Origin: Selaginella moellendorffii
Taxonomy: Eukaryota > Plantae > Lycopodiophyta
Direction: 5' to 3'
Length of the DNA: 64,000 nucleotides
Assembly: GCF_000143415.4 (NCBI RefSeq)
Contig: NW_003314284.1
Span: forward strand, 434,001 to 498,000
The notes under the pieces are model-generated. The model saw only the letters and a program-made list of their open reading frames with translations. It searched no databases and was not told the origin of the DNA. The position numbers and the translations under genes were made by a program. This document shows, in pieces, positions 47,470 through 60,807 of this stretch (within the stretch, counting starts at the first letter, position 1; the number at the start of each line of letters is the position of its first letter).

Positions 47470-49350
47470 CCTATCCTAAAAATTAGTCTCTGGGACAATC
47501 ACGAAAATTTACTAAACATGTATTAGTAGCTCATCATAGGATCACATTGAACATATTACCGACACAAATTCCTGGGGATGAGAAACAAGACTATTTCTAT
47601 CTTTGCCATGTGCTTCCTGCTTGTCTCTCCAAACTAGAGACAATAGCCCAGTACACATCCATTCTATTTAATTAGAATAGCTATAATGGGAAATATAGCT
47701 CGGCAATCGTGGAATGGACGTGCCTCTCTGCGTGCCCGGATTAACTTAGTTCCAGCACTAGACAAATCAAAAGAAGATCATCTGAATTTCCACATTCCTG
47801 ATGCATCACCAGCGACAGTCCTTCCATTGATTTTCTCTAGTTGTTCTTGATGAGTTGGGAAATCCAGGAGCCCAAGTAAAGTCCAGAAGAAATCCACCTA
47901 GAGAAGAGCTCTAAAAGGTGAGGCAAAAACACCATCATATTCAGGACAATTTCCACATTCTATAGATTAGCATCTAGACACTTTTTTATAAATAGTTAAT
48001 GGGAATCTTGCTCCAATTTTTGTTGCAGCCACCGGTACATGATTGCTGCGCACACTAAGAGGTAAATTTCGATGACCAACCGACAAACTATCACATTGTA
48101 CTTCACTGCAAAGGAAAATAAAATAAAATAAGAGACACTTAAGTCATCAATGGTTTGAAAAGTTGTCAATTTCTACACTTTTCATAAATAGCTAATGGGA
48201 AACACATTCAGAGCAAAGTCATCTATTTTAAGCTTTCACCCTGTCCTAGAAGTTGGTCTCTGGGACAATCATGAAAATTTACTAAACATGTATTAATAGC
48301 TCATCATAGGATCACATCGAACATATTATCGACGTAGATTCCTAGAGATAAGAAACAAGACTATTTCTATCTTTGCCATGTGCTTCTTGCCTATCTCTCC
48401 AAACTAGAGACAATAGCTTAGTACTTGTCCATTCTATTTAATTAGAATAGCTAATGGGAAACACAGCCTGGCAATCGTGGAATGGATGTGCCTCCCTGCG
48501 TGCCCGGATTAACTTAGTTCCAACATTCTACCACGTGGCACCCTTTCGGCTCCCCTTTGAGGCCTAGGGATTTTGTGTCTCACAGTTGTGTAGTGAACTT
48601 CTTCCGATAGTGCCCCCATTCAATTTTGCAATCTAGTGCCAGATTGCAAGTGTTGGTGATTGCAAAATTGAATGTGGGAACAACACTATCATGTTCAGGA
48701 CAATTTCCACATTCTATAGATTAGAAAATCTAGACACTTTTCATAAATAGCTAATGAGAAACACTAGAGCAAAGTCATTTAGTTGGAGATCCTATCAAAT
48801 GGCTGCTGTAATGGCTGGAGTGGCTCAAAATTGAATGTGGGAACAACAAATTCCACAATTAGAGAATGGGACTAAATAGAACTAACACATTTGGGAATGA
48901 TAGTGAGAGTGTCTTGGTGTATCAAATATTAAGGTACCAAGCTTAATATCACAGTGGTTTTTGTCACTGATCTAGATGACATTTGTTTTTTGTTTTTGTG
49001 TGTACGGAGTCACCCCCCGAAGCCCCAGCCAGTGTAAGACACAACAAGGTTTGAACTCCTTACCGGGCTAAATATGCTTCGCTAATAACACTTAGAAATT
49101 CTATCCTTATGCTTATTTGATTTAAGTACACTCAAAATGCCTAATTAACTCCATTAGCATAAGAAGGACTAATAAAGGGTCTAGCAATATTGATCTCTTG
49201 CTATTATGGCAGTAAGAGAATAATATTCAAAAGGGCTCACTAGCAAAATTTTCAATACATGCAGTCGTATTCATAATAATTCACTATATACTCCAAAGGT
49301 GGACGATAATAAATTGTAGTGTTGTTATTGTCCCATTTGTGGCCCAAGTG
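47470..49350 (-). repeat. Right arm of the inverted-repeat mosaic, including direct duplication 47470-47757 / 48240-48522
   Basis: Reverse-complement matches to modules of 35580-38107. Confidence 0.8.
48528..48584 (-). mobile_element. Inverted 57-bp 5' tip of the same LTR family
   Basis: Reverse complement reads TGTGAGACACAAAATCCCTAGGCCTCAAAGGGGAGCCGAAAGGGGTGCCACGTGGTAG. Confidence 0.9.
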
Positions 49351-52350
49351 TTTAATAGAATCCACTTCAACTAGTGGAAAAATGCTCATCAAATACTGAT
49401 CTTAAAATTTAACATTAGTAGCTTGTGACAACTATAAAGGTAAATTTAACTTTGTTAGCAATATTAAATCATTACCATATAAGAGTTTATATATTGAAGC
49501 ACTATTAAAACTCTATACCTCCATGACATACGCATACTAAAGAGATGGCAAATAACCATCTCAGTCCAAATGTTGAAAATTCACATACATTATGAAAATC
49601 CTTTTGAAGGTTTGAACAAGCCAGATCAAATTTAATGATCCTATAGAGTCAAGTAGTTGGAGCACCGACTTCCACCCACCAATTCAAATAATCAAAACAC
49701 TTATTGAGTCAAGTAGTTAGAGCATCAACTACCCACCAAGTCAAGTAGTCAAAAGCAATTAAAAGCAATAATAACATACTCAAAACTTGAGTCAATAATG
49801 ATGTTTTTAACAAAGATTTATATAGTTTATTACTCTTATATAGTTGTTTACAGATATTCTATATACCCCTCTATAATAAAAGAGTCATGGTAAGTATAGA
49901 GAAAATATAGAATAAAGATCGAAGATATTATTAGTTGCAAATGGTCATTAAAATCATTTTCCACAAAGTAAAGAAGATCATCCTTAAGGTAATATTAAGA
50001 ATGTAAATGTCAAAATGACAAATCATCAATAAATGATATAGGGTTTTTAAACCTATCATGAAGCTCACAAACCTTATTAAAAGAAGGTAAACCTAGCATC
50101 ACATTTTGTAAATACCAAATATTAAGCACAACAACTACTATAGTATGGAATCCTCATCAAGAAAATCCATTAATGTTGGAATAATAAACTCATAAGAAAC
50201 ATAAAAGGAAAGTAAAAATGGGAGAAAAGGGAGAAAAACTTGGGAAAGGGCATCAACTACAGAATTCCCTGGGAAATGAATAACTTTAAACTTATATATT
50301 TAAAGCTTTTGATCTATCGAGCAATACGATCAATTAAATTTTTCTCCTTCAATAGTAAAGTGACTACAATATGATCACCAATGTCTAAGAACTATCATAA
50401 AGCTTCTTAAAACCCCAAATTATAATTAAACATTTCTTCTCTATTATGGAGTAGCTTATTTTTGCCAGTTGTAACATATGGTTGGTGTATGTGATAAGAT
50501 GATGTTGACCAAGCACTTATCACAAGATAAAGTTCACATACTTTAGGACTCCAAGAGTTTTAAGTAACATCTTTATTTAATATGATATTTACTCATAAAA
50601 TTTGATCTCCATTAGTGAATAATACTGAACAAGAACCTTGATTAAACAAGCATCCCCTGTTAGACTAAGATGATGCATAGTACTCCTGGCTCTAGACAAT
50701 ATATCAAAGTTGAAGATATCAACATACTTCTTAAACCAATCAACTGTCATAGCAAAAAGAATGTCTAAGGGATTTTGTAGTGTATATGGTTATGGGATGA
50801 AATTTAGATATACTGTCACTATGTGAATCTTTCGAACCTTGGAAGATAAATAGGGATAAAATAGCCACTAAATGCTTTATTATTAAGCAATTGCCCTACA
50901 ATTGGCTGAAGAAGAGAGAGATAAAATATGCTATATGTGGTATCAAAGTAAATAACATAAGTTTAATTTTCATTGACCCCTAAAAATTGTACTTATATGT
51001 ATTAGGCATGTCATTTATCTTGTAGGGCATCTACAGATCTAAAAGCTTGATTTGACATATTGGAACTTGAAATCACCTATATATATAACTAAGTCCACCT
51101 CATCCCATATATACGCATGTATACATTTGTTATTTGAAATTGTATCAACTAATATAGAAAGGATAACAGTGGACTTTTTGTTATAAAACTGAGTTTAAAA
51201 AGTAAACACTTGATGAACTCAACCAACACAAAAACGATAATAGTGGACCTCTTATTATAAAACCAAATCTAAAAAGTAAACACTAGATGAACTCCCTTAA
51301 TGGTATTCCAGAAACAAGCATGGAGGGGTCAGTGATAATTTCAATGTCAAGACCAAGGATGACATCAATTATAAGTGGGAGAGATGATATTTTATAATGT
51401 TGTGTTAATGAAAGAGCCTTATGAAAAGAGTGGCTGGGGCAAGTGTATGTACACAAGACCTTAACAAAGTGTTGGCTATAATATGCTTAATTTGATTTGC
51501 TTTGACATATTTGGCTTAACACAAAGCAAAAGTTTCCAAAAAATGAATATTAAATTGCATAATTGACTCAAGCAACCCAAGACAAAAATGGTTGTTAGAA
51601 GGCATCATTATCGTCAACATATCTAAATATGCACTTAAAGACGTTTAAGAGAAGGCTCCAATTCACATGAGAGGCTACACAAAAACCATTGTACCACTCT
51701 TAGAAATATATAAAGAAGTTATATAAATATTGAGCATCATCCCAAAAATGATATGTGGCAATCATTATAAAGTAATTGAACCAATAATACATATCATCTT
51801 TAGGATTCCTATAAAATAAATCCAGAATTGATAACAAGAGCAAGAGGAGCTATATAAATGCTATCATTAATTGAGTCTATTTGGTTATAGCATTAAGCAA
51901 TTGCACCAATTGTTGCTCCAAAATCAAAAGATGAATATATTAATTTGCTATAAATATGAATAAAAAAAAAGTAAAAGAGAAAGAAATGAAAAAGTTATAG
52001 AAATAAGAGAAATTTGACCAACAAAATCTAAATAAAAAGTATAAATCAAAATACTTGCTAGATAATCAAAAGTGCTCTTTATCTCCACCAATGTGAATAC
52101 ATAGAATATAGAAATAGAATACAAAATTTATATATTCAATTAAACCAAAAACTTTAATTTATATACATAAGTGAGTGAATGGTCTTGGACTAAAATTAAT
52201 CTGATACCTATCAAAATCCCACTTGGGATAGAGACTTTTTCCCATAATACTAAAATACAATAAAATTTATATATAAAATATGTTTTCCCTATAAATATAA
52301 CTGGAGTTTAAAAGCTTTTTTATTAAATTTAAAACGAGATAAAAAAAGAC
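49350..52350. other. AT-rich, CpG-depleted ORF-free tract, probably ancient transposon debris
   Basis: No ORF >=60 aa in the track. Short direct repeats, e.g. agtcaagtagt x3 (49645-49750) and 51168-51220 / 51242-51295. Confidence 0.45.
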
Positions 52351-52607
52351 AGAAACGTATAGTTGCCATTGTTCTAGGACGACTTACTCTAGCGAGAGCG
52401 GATATCCTTGGAGATAATCTTGAGATCGAGCCATGGATCCAGTCAAAAAGAGTGAGTGAGGAGAAACTTGCCTGATCTGATCCGAGGCTGTTATGTAGAT
52501 CTTCTCCTCAAAGCAGCACGCAATCTTGAGCATCTAGTTTCTGCCATCTAGCAGACTTTCTGGCATATGCTTCTGGAGCGTGTACAGAGAAGGCCATGAG
52601 AATCAAA

Positions 52608-54262
52608 TGCATTGCACTTCAGCATCGAATGCACTGCTTACCTGGCACACACAGAGGGGTAATATTGTGCAAGCATGGAACTGTTTCTCGGCAATTAAAG
52701 ATCGAAATGTCATCACGTGGACATCTTTGTTATCCGCAAATGCCAAAACAGGGCATCTTGAGCTTGCAAAGCGTACTTTTGACAAGATGAGCCAGCAAAG
52801 TGTCGATACATGGAACGCAATGCTCAGTACATTTTGCAGGGGCGGGATGACGCAAGAGATGGTGCGAACATTCCTTGAGATGCCGGAGAGGAACATCATT
52901 TCCCACACGACCATGATCTTGGGATATGCCCGAAACAGGCATCTGGGCGCTGGAATGGCCGTGTTTGAGGCTATGCCGAGTTGGAATGTGGTCTCTTTCA
53001 CCGCGGCATTTCAGGCATTCGCAGAGAACTCTCGAGGCGAAGAGGCAAAGACGATCTTTGACACTATGCCGGAGCGAAGCGTCGTCGCGTGGAACGCATT
53101 AGCATCGATGTATGCCGGGAAAGGGCAAATGGAGTGTTCGTGCGCGGTACTAGATCGCATTCCCCAGCTAGGAGCAGTGTGCTCCACAGCAGTGGCTGTG
53201 GCACTTGCGGCTTGCGGTGAAATTGAAAAGACCAAACAATTATTCTGCTTGATGCTGGAGAGGACGATGGTCTCCGTGACGGCAATGATCCAAGCATATG
53301 CCCAGAACGGGCATATGCAAGAAGCGCGGGTGCTGTTTGAGTTGATGCCCGAGCGGGATATAATTTCTTGGAATGCGATGACAAAACTTTTTGCGGATCA
53401 AGGTCTGCTGGTAGAAGCGAAGGTCGCATATGATAGCATGCCTGAGAGGGACGTGCTTTCGTGGAACGCACTCTTAGCGGCATTTGCCGAAACTGGGCAT
53501 TCGTCCGAAGCTTGCAAGACGTTCGAGCTCATGCCAAAGCACGACGCAATCTCTTGCAGCTACATGGTAATCACTTACGGGGAAACTGGGAGAATCGGCG
53601 ACGCACAGCAGCTTTTCAATATTATGCCCGCACGAACACTCTTGTCGTGGAGAGCAATGATTGTAAACTTTGCCCAGAGCGGGCATCTGGCACAAGCCCA
53701 GCAAATGCTCGACCTCATGCCAGTGGTCGAGCTTCTTTCCTGCAGCGCTGTTTTAGCAGCGTATGCCCACCTCGGGCATCTCAAAAGAGCCAAAGCCGTG
53801 TTTACAAAAATGATAGACCACGACGTCGCCTCATGGAATGCTTTCCTTTCAGCAAATGCCCGCTCGGGGCATATTTCCTGCGCGGCAGAACTCTTTTCCA
53901 CAATGAGTCTCGAGGGCTTCCTCGCGAATCCAATCACCTTTGTGGGTATTTTGCTCGGATTCGGGCACGCGGGGATGCTAGACACCGCACTGAGACACTT
54001 CCATTCCATGTCCCCCGACTTTGCCATCACTGCATCCAAGGACCACTTCTGCTGCATGGCCGACGCCCTCTGCCGCGCGGGCAGGCTGGCCGACGCCGAG
54101 GAGCTCGTCCAAAGCATGCCCTTTGCGCCGGACGAGATTGCGTGGGCGAGCCTGCTGGGCGCGTGTAGGAGCTACGGCGACGTGGAGCGTGGCAATCGCG
54201 CGGCCGGGAGGCTGCTGGAGATTGGAGACAAGTCGTGCTTCTTGCAATACCAGTCCTTCTAA
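52608..54262 (+). CDS. PLS-class pentatricopeptide repeat protein with truncated E domain (organelle RNA-editing factor type)
   Basis: Tandem MPERDIISWNAM-type motifs, then ITFVGIL..GHAG, HFCCMADALCRAGRLADAEELVQSMPFAPDEIAWASLLGACRSYGDVERG; no DYW domain. A short upstream exon from ATG 52433 is possible. Confidence 0.9.
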
Positions 54263-54297
54263 GTTTACTTTTAGGGCTCCTCGCGAGAACTTTCTCG

Positions 54298-56310
54298 ATG
54301 GTGACTAAATCGTCGTCGCCATGCTATCGCCCCTGCGAGCACCTGGTGGACTACAAATCCAAGCACAGCACCCGGGGCTTCCGCGCGCTCCAGCGATGCA
54401 TCGTCGTCCTCCCACCGGGCCGGCCCAGCGTGCGCACTTTGAGCTGCGACGAGGATCCAGTCCCCAGGTGCGCGTCCTGTGCCAAGTCCCACGGCCGCCT
54501 CTACGCTTGCCTCATCTGTTCCACCATCAGCTGCTACTCTTCCAGCTCCAGCCACGCTCGATCTCACGCGCTGGAGCTCCCGGGCCACGAGCTCGCCATC
54601 GATCTTGACCGCGCCGAGCTCTTTTGCTGCATTTGCAACGATCAAGTCTACGACGCCGACTTCGACTGGGTCGTCGTGTGCGCTCAGTCTGGAAAGAAGC
54701 ACAGCGTCGTAAGTAGCGGGAGTGGAAACGCTGGCGGTGGTGGTGATGGTTGCGGCGGAGATAGTGGAAATGGTGCCAGCCTTCTGGCAAAGCATACCTC
54801 TTTCTCGAACGGGAGGACGAGTGGAAACGCTGGCGGTGGTGGCGGAGATAGAATCGATGGTGGAAAAAGTGCTAGTTCTCTGGCAAAGTGTACCTCTTTC
54901 TCCAACGGGAGGACGGCTCCTCCTCTCAATGTGTATAGCCGGAAGAGGAACCGAGGGGCCGAGTACAAGCCGTGGGAGCCGAGCTCCAAGGACCCGCTTG
55001 TGCTCGAGCGCGGCGCCGCTCCTCTCGGACTCCGGGGCCTCACCAACATGGGCAGCACTTGCTTCATGAACTCGGTGCTCCAGGCGCTGCTCCACACGCC
55101 GCCTCTCCGGAGCTACTTTCTCGGTCACTGCCACAACAAGGCTGCCTGCCAGAGCAAAGTCTGCCTTGGATGCGACATGGACGACATGTTCGCGGCAGCT
55201 TTCTCCGGGGACCGGACGCCATACAGCCCTGCACAGTTCCTCTACAGGCGAGTGAAAGAGCTCTTTTCTTCTTTTTCTTTCCCCTCTCATGAAAAGTACC
55301 TCTTTCTTTTTTCTTTCTTGAACAGCTGGTGGCAACACGCTGCAAATCTGGCAGGCTACGAGCAGCAGGACGCGCACGATTTCTTTATCTCGGCAGTGGA
55401 AGGCATCCACGCCAACTCGCAGCAGCCTGAACTTCGCAAGTAAGCAAAGCTTTGCCATAAACAAAGATAGAAACTCACTCACCTTTGATTGATTCTTACG
55501 CACAGGGGGAACGACGCCGAGTGCCGCTGCATTGTCCATCGGGTCTTCTCCGGCTTGCTGCGATCGGACGTAACTTGCACGGCATGCGGCTTCACGTCTA
55601 CCAAGAACGATCCCTGCGTGGACATTTCTCTGGATCTGGAGTCGACGGCGCTGGAGAAGCAGATATACGCGAGCTCGTCCACGCTGCTGGGCTGCCTGGA
55701 CCGCTTTACCAGGCCGGAGAGGCTGGGCAGCAACGAGAGGTTCTTCTGCGAGTCGTGTCAGTCTAGACAGGAGGCCGTGAAACAAATGTCAGTGAGAAAG
55801 CTACCGGTGGTGCTGTGCTTCCACGTCAAGAGATTCGAGCACTCGGCCAAGAACTACCGCAAGGTGGACACATACGTGCAGTTCCCACTGTCGCTGAACA
55901 TGGCTTGCTACCTCTCCTCGTCGATAGCGAGGCTCAGGCACGGCAACAGGCTCATTTTTGTAGAAGGAAAAGGAGAGCTTGGCGGTGACAACGATAGCGG
56001 TAGCACGAGTCCCTCGTCCGAGTTTGAGCTTTTTGCAGTAGTCAGCCACTCTGGCAAGCTCGACGGTGGCCACTACGTCGCCTATCTCCGCCTGGGGGGC
56101 GAGTGGTACAAGTGCGACGACGCCTGGATAACAAGAGTTGGCGAAAGCGTGGTGAGAGCAACGCAAGCTTACATGCTCTACTACGTCCAGAGATCGTTGT
56201 CGGACGAGTCGAGCACCACCATTCCGGAACGCTTTAATCAGCACCAAACCTTAGTACTAGACGAGAAGATAGGATACACTTCTCTCCTGGCGGACGCTGT
56301 CCAGGCTTAG
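54298..56310 (+). CDS. UBP22: Ubiquitin-specific protease UBP22/USP22-like (ZnF-UBP + USP domain)
   Basis: PCEHL, ZnF-UBP (CASC..ACLIC..HARSH..LFCCICNDQVYD), Cys box GLTNMGSTCFMNSVLQAL, QQDAHDF, His box HSGKLDGGHYVAY; 2 introns. Confidence 0.9.
54720..54916 (+). repeat. Internal ~33-aa tandem duplication in the UBP22 linker
   Basis: SGNAGGGGD...LAKHTSFSNGRT followed by SGNAGGGGGD...LAKCTSFSNGRT. Confidence 0.85.
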
Positions 56311-56463
56311 AGCAGTCACTCAAGAGATTCAAAACCGATGATTGTTGAGAATTAAACATCTGCATTGCAAAACAAAATCACACACGTCCCTATCGAGGAC
56401 GAAGGTAGTAGCACTAAAGGAAAAATATGAAAAAAGAAAAACAAAGCGACCTCGACAATGATA

Positions 56464-59400
56464 TCAGCAGTAGAACATAACGCTTTTCACGTTATCCTTG
56501 ACAGGCGGCAGTGGCCGGACACCAGTGCGTCCGCTGCGTGATCCCGAGCTGCCAGTCGTGGTACTCTTCCCAGGTCCGGCTCCACTAGTCAGAGATCCGC
56601 TGTCCGATGTCTCTGGCTCCATATAAAACCTTGCTCTGAATGCAGCCAAGTGGGCGTAGTATGCTGGAGGCACTGGAACACAAGAATAAAAAAGGAGAGA
56701 AAACAAAGTCTTAGCATCCAAGCAATAGGAAAGACAGTTCTTACTCACCTATTGACACAGATCTCGTGCAGCGCGCGTATCTGCAAAACAGTACACATCC
56801 AAAAAGAGTTTGAAGTGAGCCTCAAGACAAGACTGTCCTTGCACTTACGTGTAGCATAGGTTGTTCGTTAATGACTGCAAACCATCAGCCGTGAAAGTGT
56901 TTTCATCCCAAAGCACATGATAATGTGCCGGCCGACTAGTTCCCTGCAGGGTCGCAGTCACAACCATCAGCCTCAATCAGGTTGACGCTGTGCCTTCGTA
57001 CCTGTATTCCAGCGTGACTGCAGAGGTAGAAATCAAATTCCGTGGGATGACAGATCTTCGTATCCACCACAGTACCTAGCAAAAGCGTTTTAGTTGTCAA
57101 GCACATTGAACAAACTTTGCTACAAACCTGGAAGGATATTGCCGCTCTTGTCTCTTGACTCCCTATCGTTGTGATTGTTTGCAAACAACCGTGTGTGATG
57201 TCGCTTTTGGACCACTACGAAAGTCACCGGAGGTTGATAGTTTCCTTCCAAAGATGCACACGCCTAGAGTAGAAACATATTAGTTATAACTGCAACGGAG
57301 AGAAGACGTGAATTTTACCTTTCTGATAGAATCAAGCTCATGTAATAGAACCTGATAAAACTGGCCTTCGCTCACTCCATCTCTGTGGCAATGAAAATTC
57401 GATGTAAATAATGTCGTTCAAATGCGGTTACTTGCCTATAAAAAATGATCCTCAGCGGCTTTCTTCCCGTCGCTTTGTGGAAGGCTAGCAACAGCTCCCT
57501 GTACACCTCATTTTTAAGAAGTCCTTATACGCAAAATAAACTTCGTACCTGATCATTCCACCGTGCATTATAGTTTTGCTTTGTGGATCTGTCCAGGTCT
57601 TGTAGAGATCTTGTATCAGTTCTTGACGATGTGCTTGAGCACAAACTAATCCCGCATACTTCGTCACCTCGGGCCAATCTTGCGATGCAACAACCTATAA
57701 CAGCAATTGAGTTTCACGGCTGCAGCGGAAGAGCAGCATACCGCAGCTATCGATGGACTCGAATCCTCTCCAGGGTGAGGATGAGTGACATCCGCACCAA
57801 ATATGATCGTCGGAATGTCACTGACAAGCGGTATTCTCCTCGAAAGCGCATCTACAAGAACTGTGTTTCTCCCACCAACCTGCAACACTCGAAACGTTTC
57901 ACTCTTCAAAACCTCACGCGTTCACAAAGCATACCTTGACGTTGATTTTCAGAGCAACGTTAGCCAGATATTGCTTGGTCATTTTATAGACGTGCTTAGT
58001 TAAGCAACACTGCGATATCAGCCCAAGATCCGTTTCACATATTCTCTTCAGATCCCCTGCAGAAAAAGCTCGGGCTGTTCACAAACGATTGTACGAACTT
58101 CAACCACCCACCATACAAAGCACCATTGCTATCCGGTAAGATTGCAATGAGTAATTCCAACTCTTTCCCTTTAGCTTTTGATTGAACTTCCCCACAAAGC
58201 ATTTTCAGCGCACGCTCCACTTGATCTGGCCTTGCAGGTTGCACGGGAACAATGGGTTCCGGAGTAAACGCCTGATAAAAAAAGAAAGTTTTCAGACTGA
58301 GACTATCAGGTGATTATAAGTACCATGCCAGAAATCTGACACATGAGAGCTAACTCAGCACAGAAATCGTGTGCAATGGAATCCTGGACTCCCCGAGAGA
58401 AGTTTATGCACGCCCAATAGTTGACACTTCCTCCGTTCACCATTTTCTAAAAGAAAATGTTAGAATATAGATTTCACAGAATATGACACAAAAACCTTGT
58501 TCATCATATTCCACTGCCCAACTTGAGGAAGGCAGTCTTTCTCCCGTCCAGTATCATGATACTTCAACTGTCAGAAAACGTTTGAGCTTGAATTAACGGT
58601 CTTCGGAAGACATACCCGTGGTGCCGGTAGTATCCGGGCTTCCACCGAAGCTAGCTTATCGCTAATGCGGATGCCAAATTCTTGCGCATAAGGATCGTCG
58701 TGATAAGCGTTGTGGCGGACAGTCTGCAACAACGGCATCAAATAAAACTTCCGAACTAGAAGACGTGCATACCTGAAGAATATCGTTCTCACGGTCCTTG
58801 GGACGCTGGCATGTGACCTTCAAAAGGTTATTAATCTGCCGTTCGTTCAGTCTCTTCGAGTAGCGCTGACCTTCGACAATTTTGCAAACCTGAGACAAAC
58901 CAAGGACGCGTCCATCCACTTCACACGAAAGACAAAAGAATTACCTCCATCGGTAGGTAGTTTGGTCTTTGTTGGTTACCAACGGCAAGACAAGGCAAAG
59001 ATGGACTGCGTATAGTATAGCCATAGGTTTCGCGAAAATACTCGACCACTGACTTCAAAGTTCCTCTTTCGTCGACAGGAAACCTGAAAAATGCTTTAGA
59101 AACACGAAAGCTATCGTAATGTGTGTCCTACGTGAGTTCTTGCGTTGGCTGCGAGGTCAAGCCAGATATCCTGTACTTCCGCCGCATTGTACCTCGGTGG
59201 GTAACCTCAACCTTCACTCCCCGCAATGCCTTTTTGATCTGTAGAATGACAATTAGCGACACAGCATTGGAGTTACATCCATCAGACCTTAATGCGATCA
59301 GCGTCCGAGAGAGGTCTACTGAGATCCTTCCCCAAAAGCTGTCCAACAAAATCCACTACCGGCAAGGGCTCAATGAATGCAGTTGACGACATATCTGTCA

Positions 59401-60807
59401 AGAGATCTAGCTGAGAACAAGGACATTACAAAACAGCACACCACATACCGATGTTAAGCGATAATCCCATCTGCGTCGGCCTGATACTTTGGTAAAACCC
59501 GCGCCAACTTTCCAGGCCATCCCCGAGTGGCTGTCGCCGTCCAAGATCAGGGGAATAAAATGATCGTCCAACAGGCGAATACCTTGAAAAAATAAGTGTT
59601 AAATATATAAACCACGGTGACTGATGGGAGACCACTACCTGTGAGTGGGAAGCTCACGCAACACGATGTCGAGAACTTGGAGAGCTTCCTGGGGTGCATT
59701 GGGCTGCCTTCCGGCCAGAAACTCTCCCAGATGGTGCAAGTCCGCGCGTGCCGCGAATTTTATAACAATCTTGAAGGATCTCTCCCTCCTGTGTATAGAA
59801 CCAAAGCGATTATTGTAAAACGCAAGCCAGGAGTAAAAAGGAGCTTACCTTGGCGCATTTGTTCCGTCCTCTTCGTCAGGGAGGGTCACCTGGAAATCTT
59901 TATACTGAAAAGGAAGTGGACCAGCAGTGTACAAGCTCTTCCTTCCATCATAAGCAGGAAGTCTGCGACCCAGAGCCTCCCTGTTGAGCTTCACGAGCAG
60001 CTCCATGACCGCTCTATTCACCCCTCGCGATGTAACCTCGGGAGTGATTGTGACCTGTGAAAACACAAAAACAATGAGAAACTCGAGCAAACCAACCGAG
60101 CAGCTCGAACTTACATCATATTGATGAAGATCCTTGTCAGGAAGCTCAGCAAAGAAGTGATTCGCCTTCACCACGCACTTGGAGCCCATCACACCTTTGC
60201 CTGGCCTTCGAGGGAAACCGAGAGCTTTGCTGGATACAAGAGTGCGAGGAGGCTCTTCCGGCGGCTGGACTTGCAAGCTCCCCAGCTTCTCCTCGATGAG
60301 ACTCGTAGAAGGCCCAGCCAACGGCATTGTCACGCCGGTGCGGCCATACGGAGGAGCTTGAGGAGGCGCCTGGCCGTATGGTATTCCAGGAAATTGCGCT
60401 ATCTGACCAAAATGAATTGGAGGAGGAACGCTGTAGTAAGGAGCCATCCCGTAAGGGACTGAGTAAGCTTGAGACTGCTGAGAAGCCACCACCGACGATG
60501 TAGAAGCCTGATGGCCGGGCTCGTGAGGAGGAAAGCCCCTTCCAGCGCGACCCCTTCCATATCTTCCACCGTTTCCATTCCCGCCGCCTTCTCGCCCTCC
60601 TCCTCGCGGGACCTGAGGCCTCGGAGGAGCTCCCATAGCAGCGCGAGGAGGCTGAGGAGGAACAATCTGCGGTCGCGGCGCGGGCGTTGGCGCGGGCGCA
60701 TTTCGGAAAATCTCGGCCGCGGTCGAGGGATCGGGCCTGTCGGCCTCGTCGCCGGGCCGACTGGACGTCTCCCCAGGCGCTTTCGGCGTCTTTCTTCTGC
60801 GCGGCAT
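56464..60807 (-). CDS. AGO1-like: Argonaute, AGO1/5/10 clade, catalytic DEDH intact
   Basis: [55 protein letters not shown] region, [22 protein letters not shown] (GC-AG intron 57383-57435), [16 protein letters not shown]. 5'-UTR intron ~60814-60874. Confidence 0.96.

Noticed and set aside
54232-54298. In-frame PPR-UBP22 fusion by splicing
   Set aside because: The best donor (phase 2) and acceptor (needs phase 1) are out of frame.
54271-55785. 504-aa minus-strand ORF
   Set aside because: Antisense shadow of the GC-rich UBP22 coding sequence.
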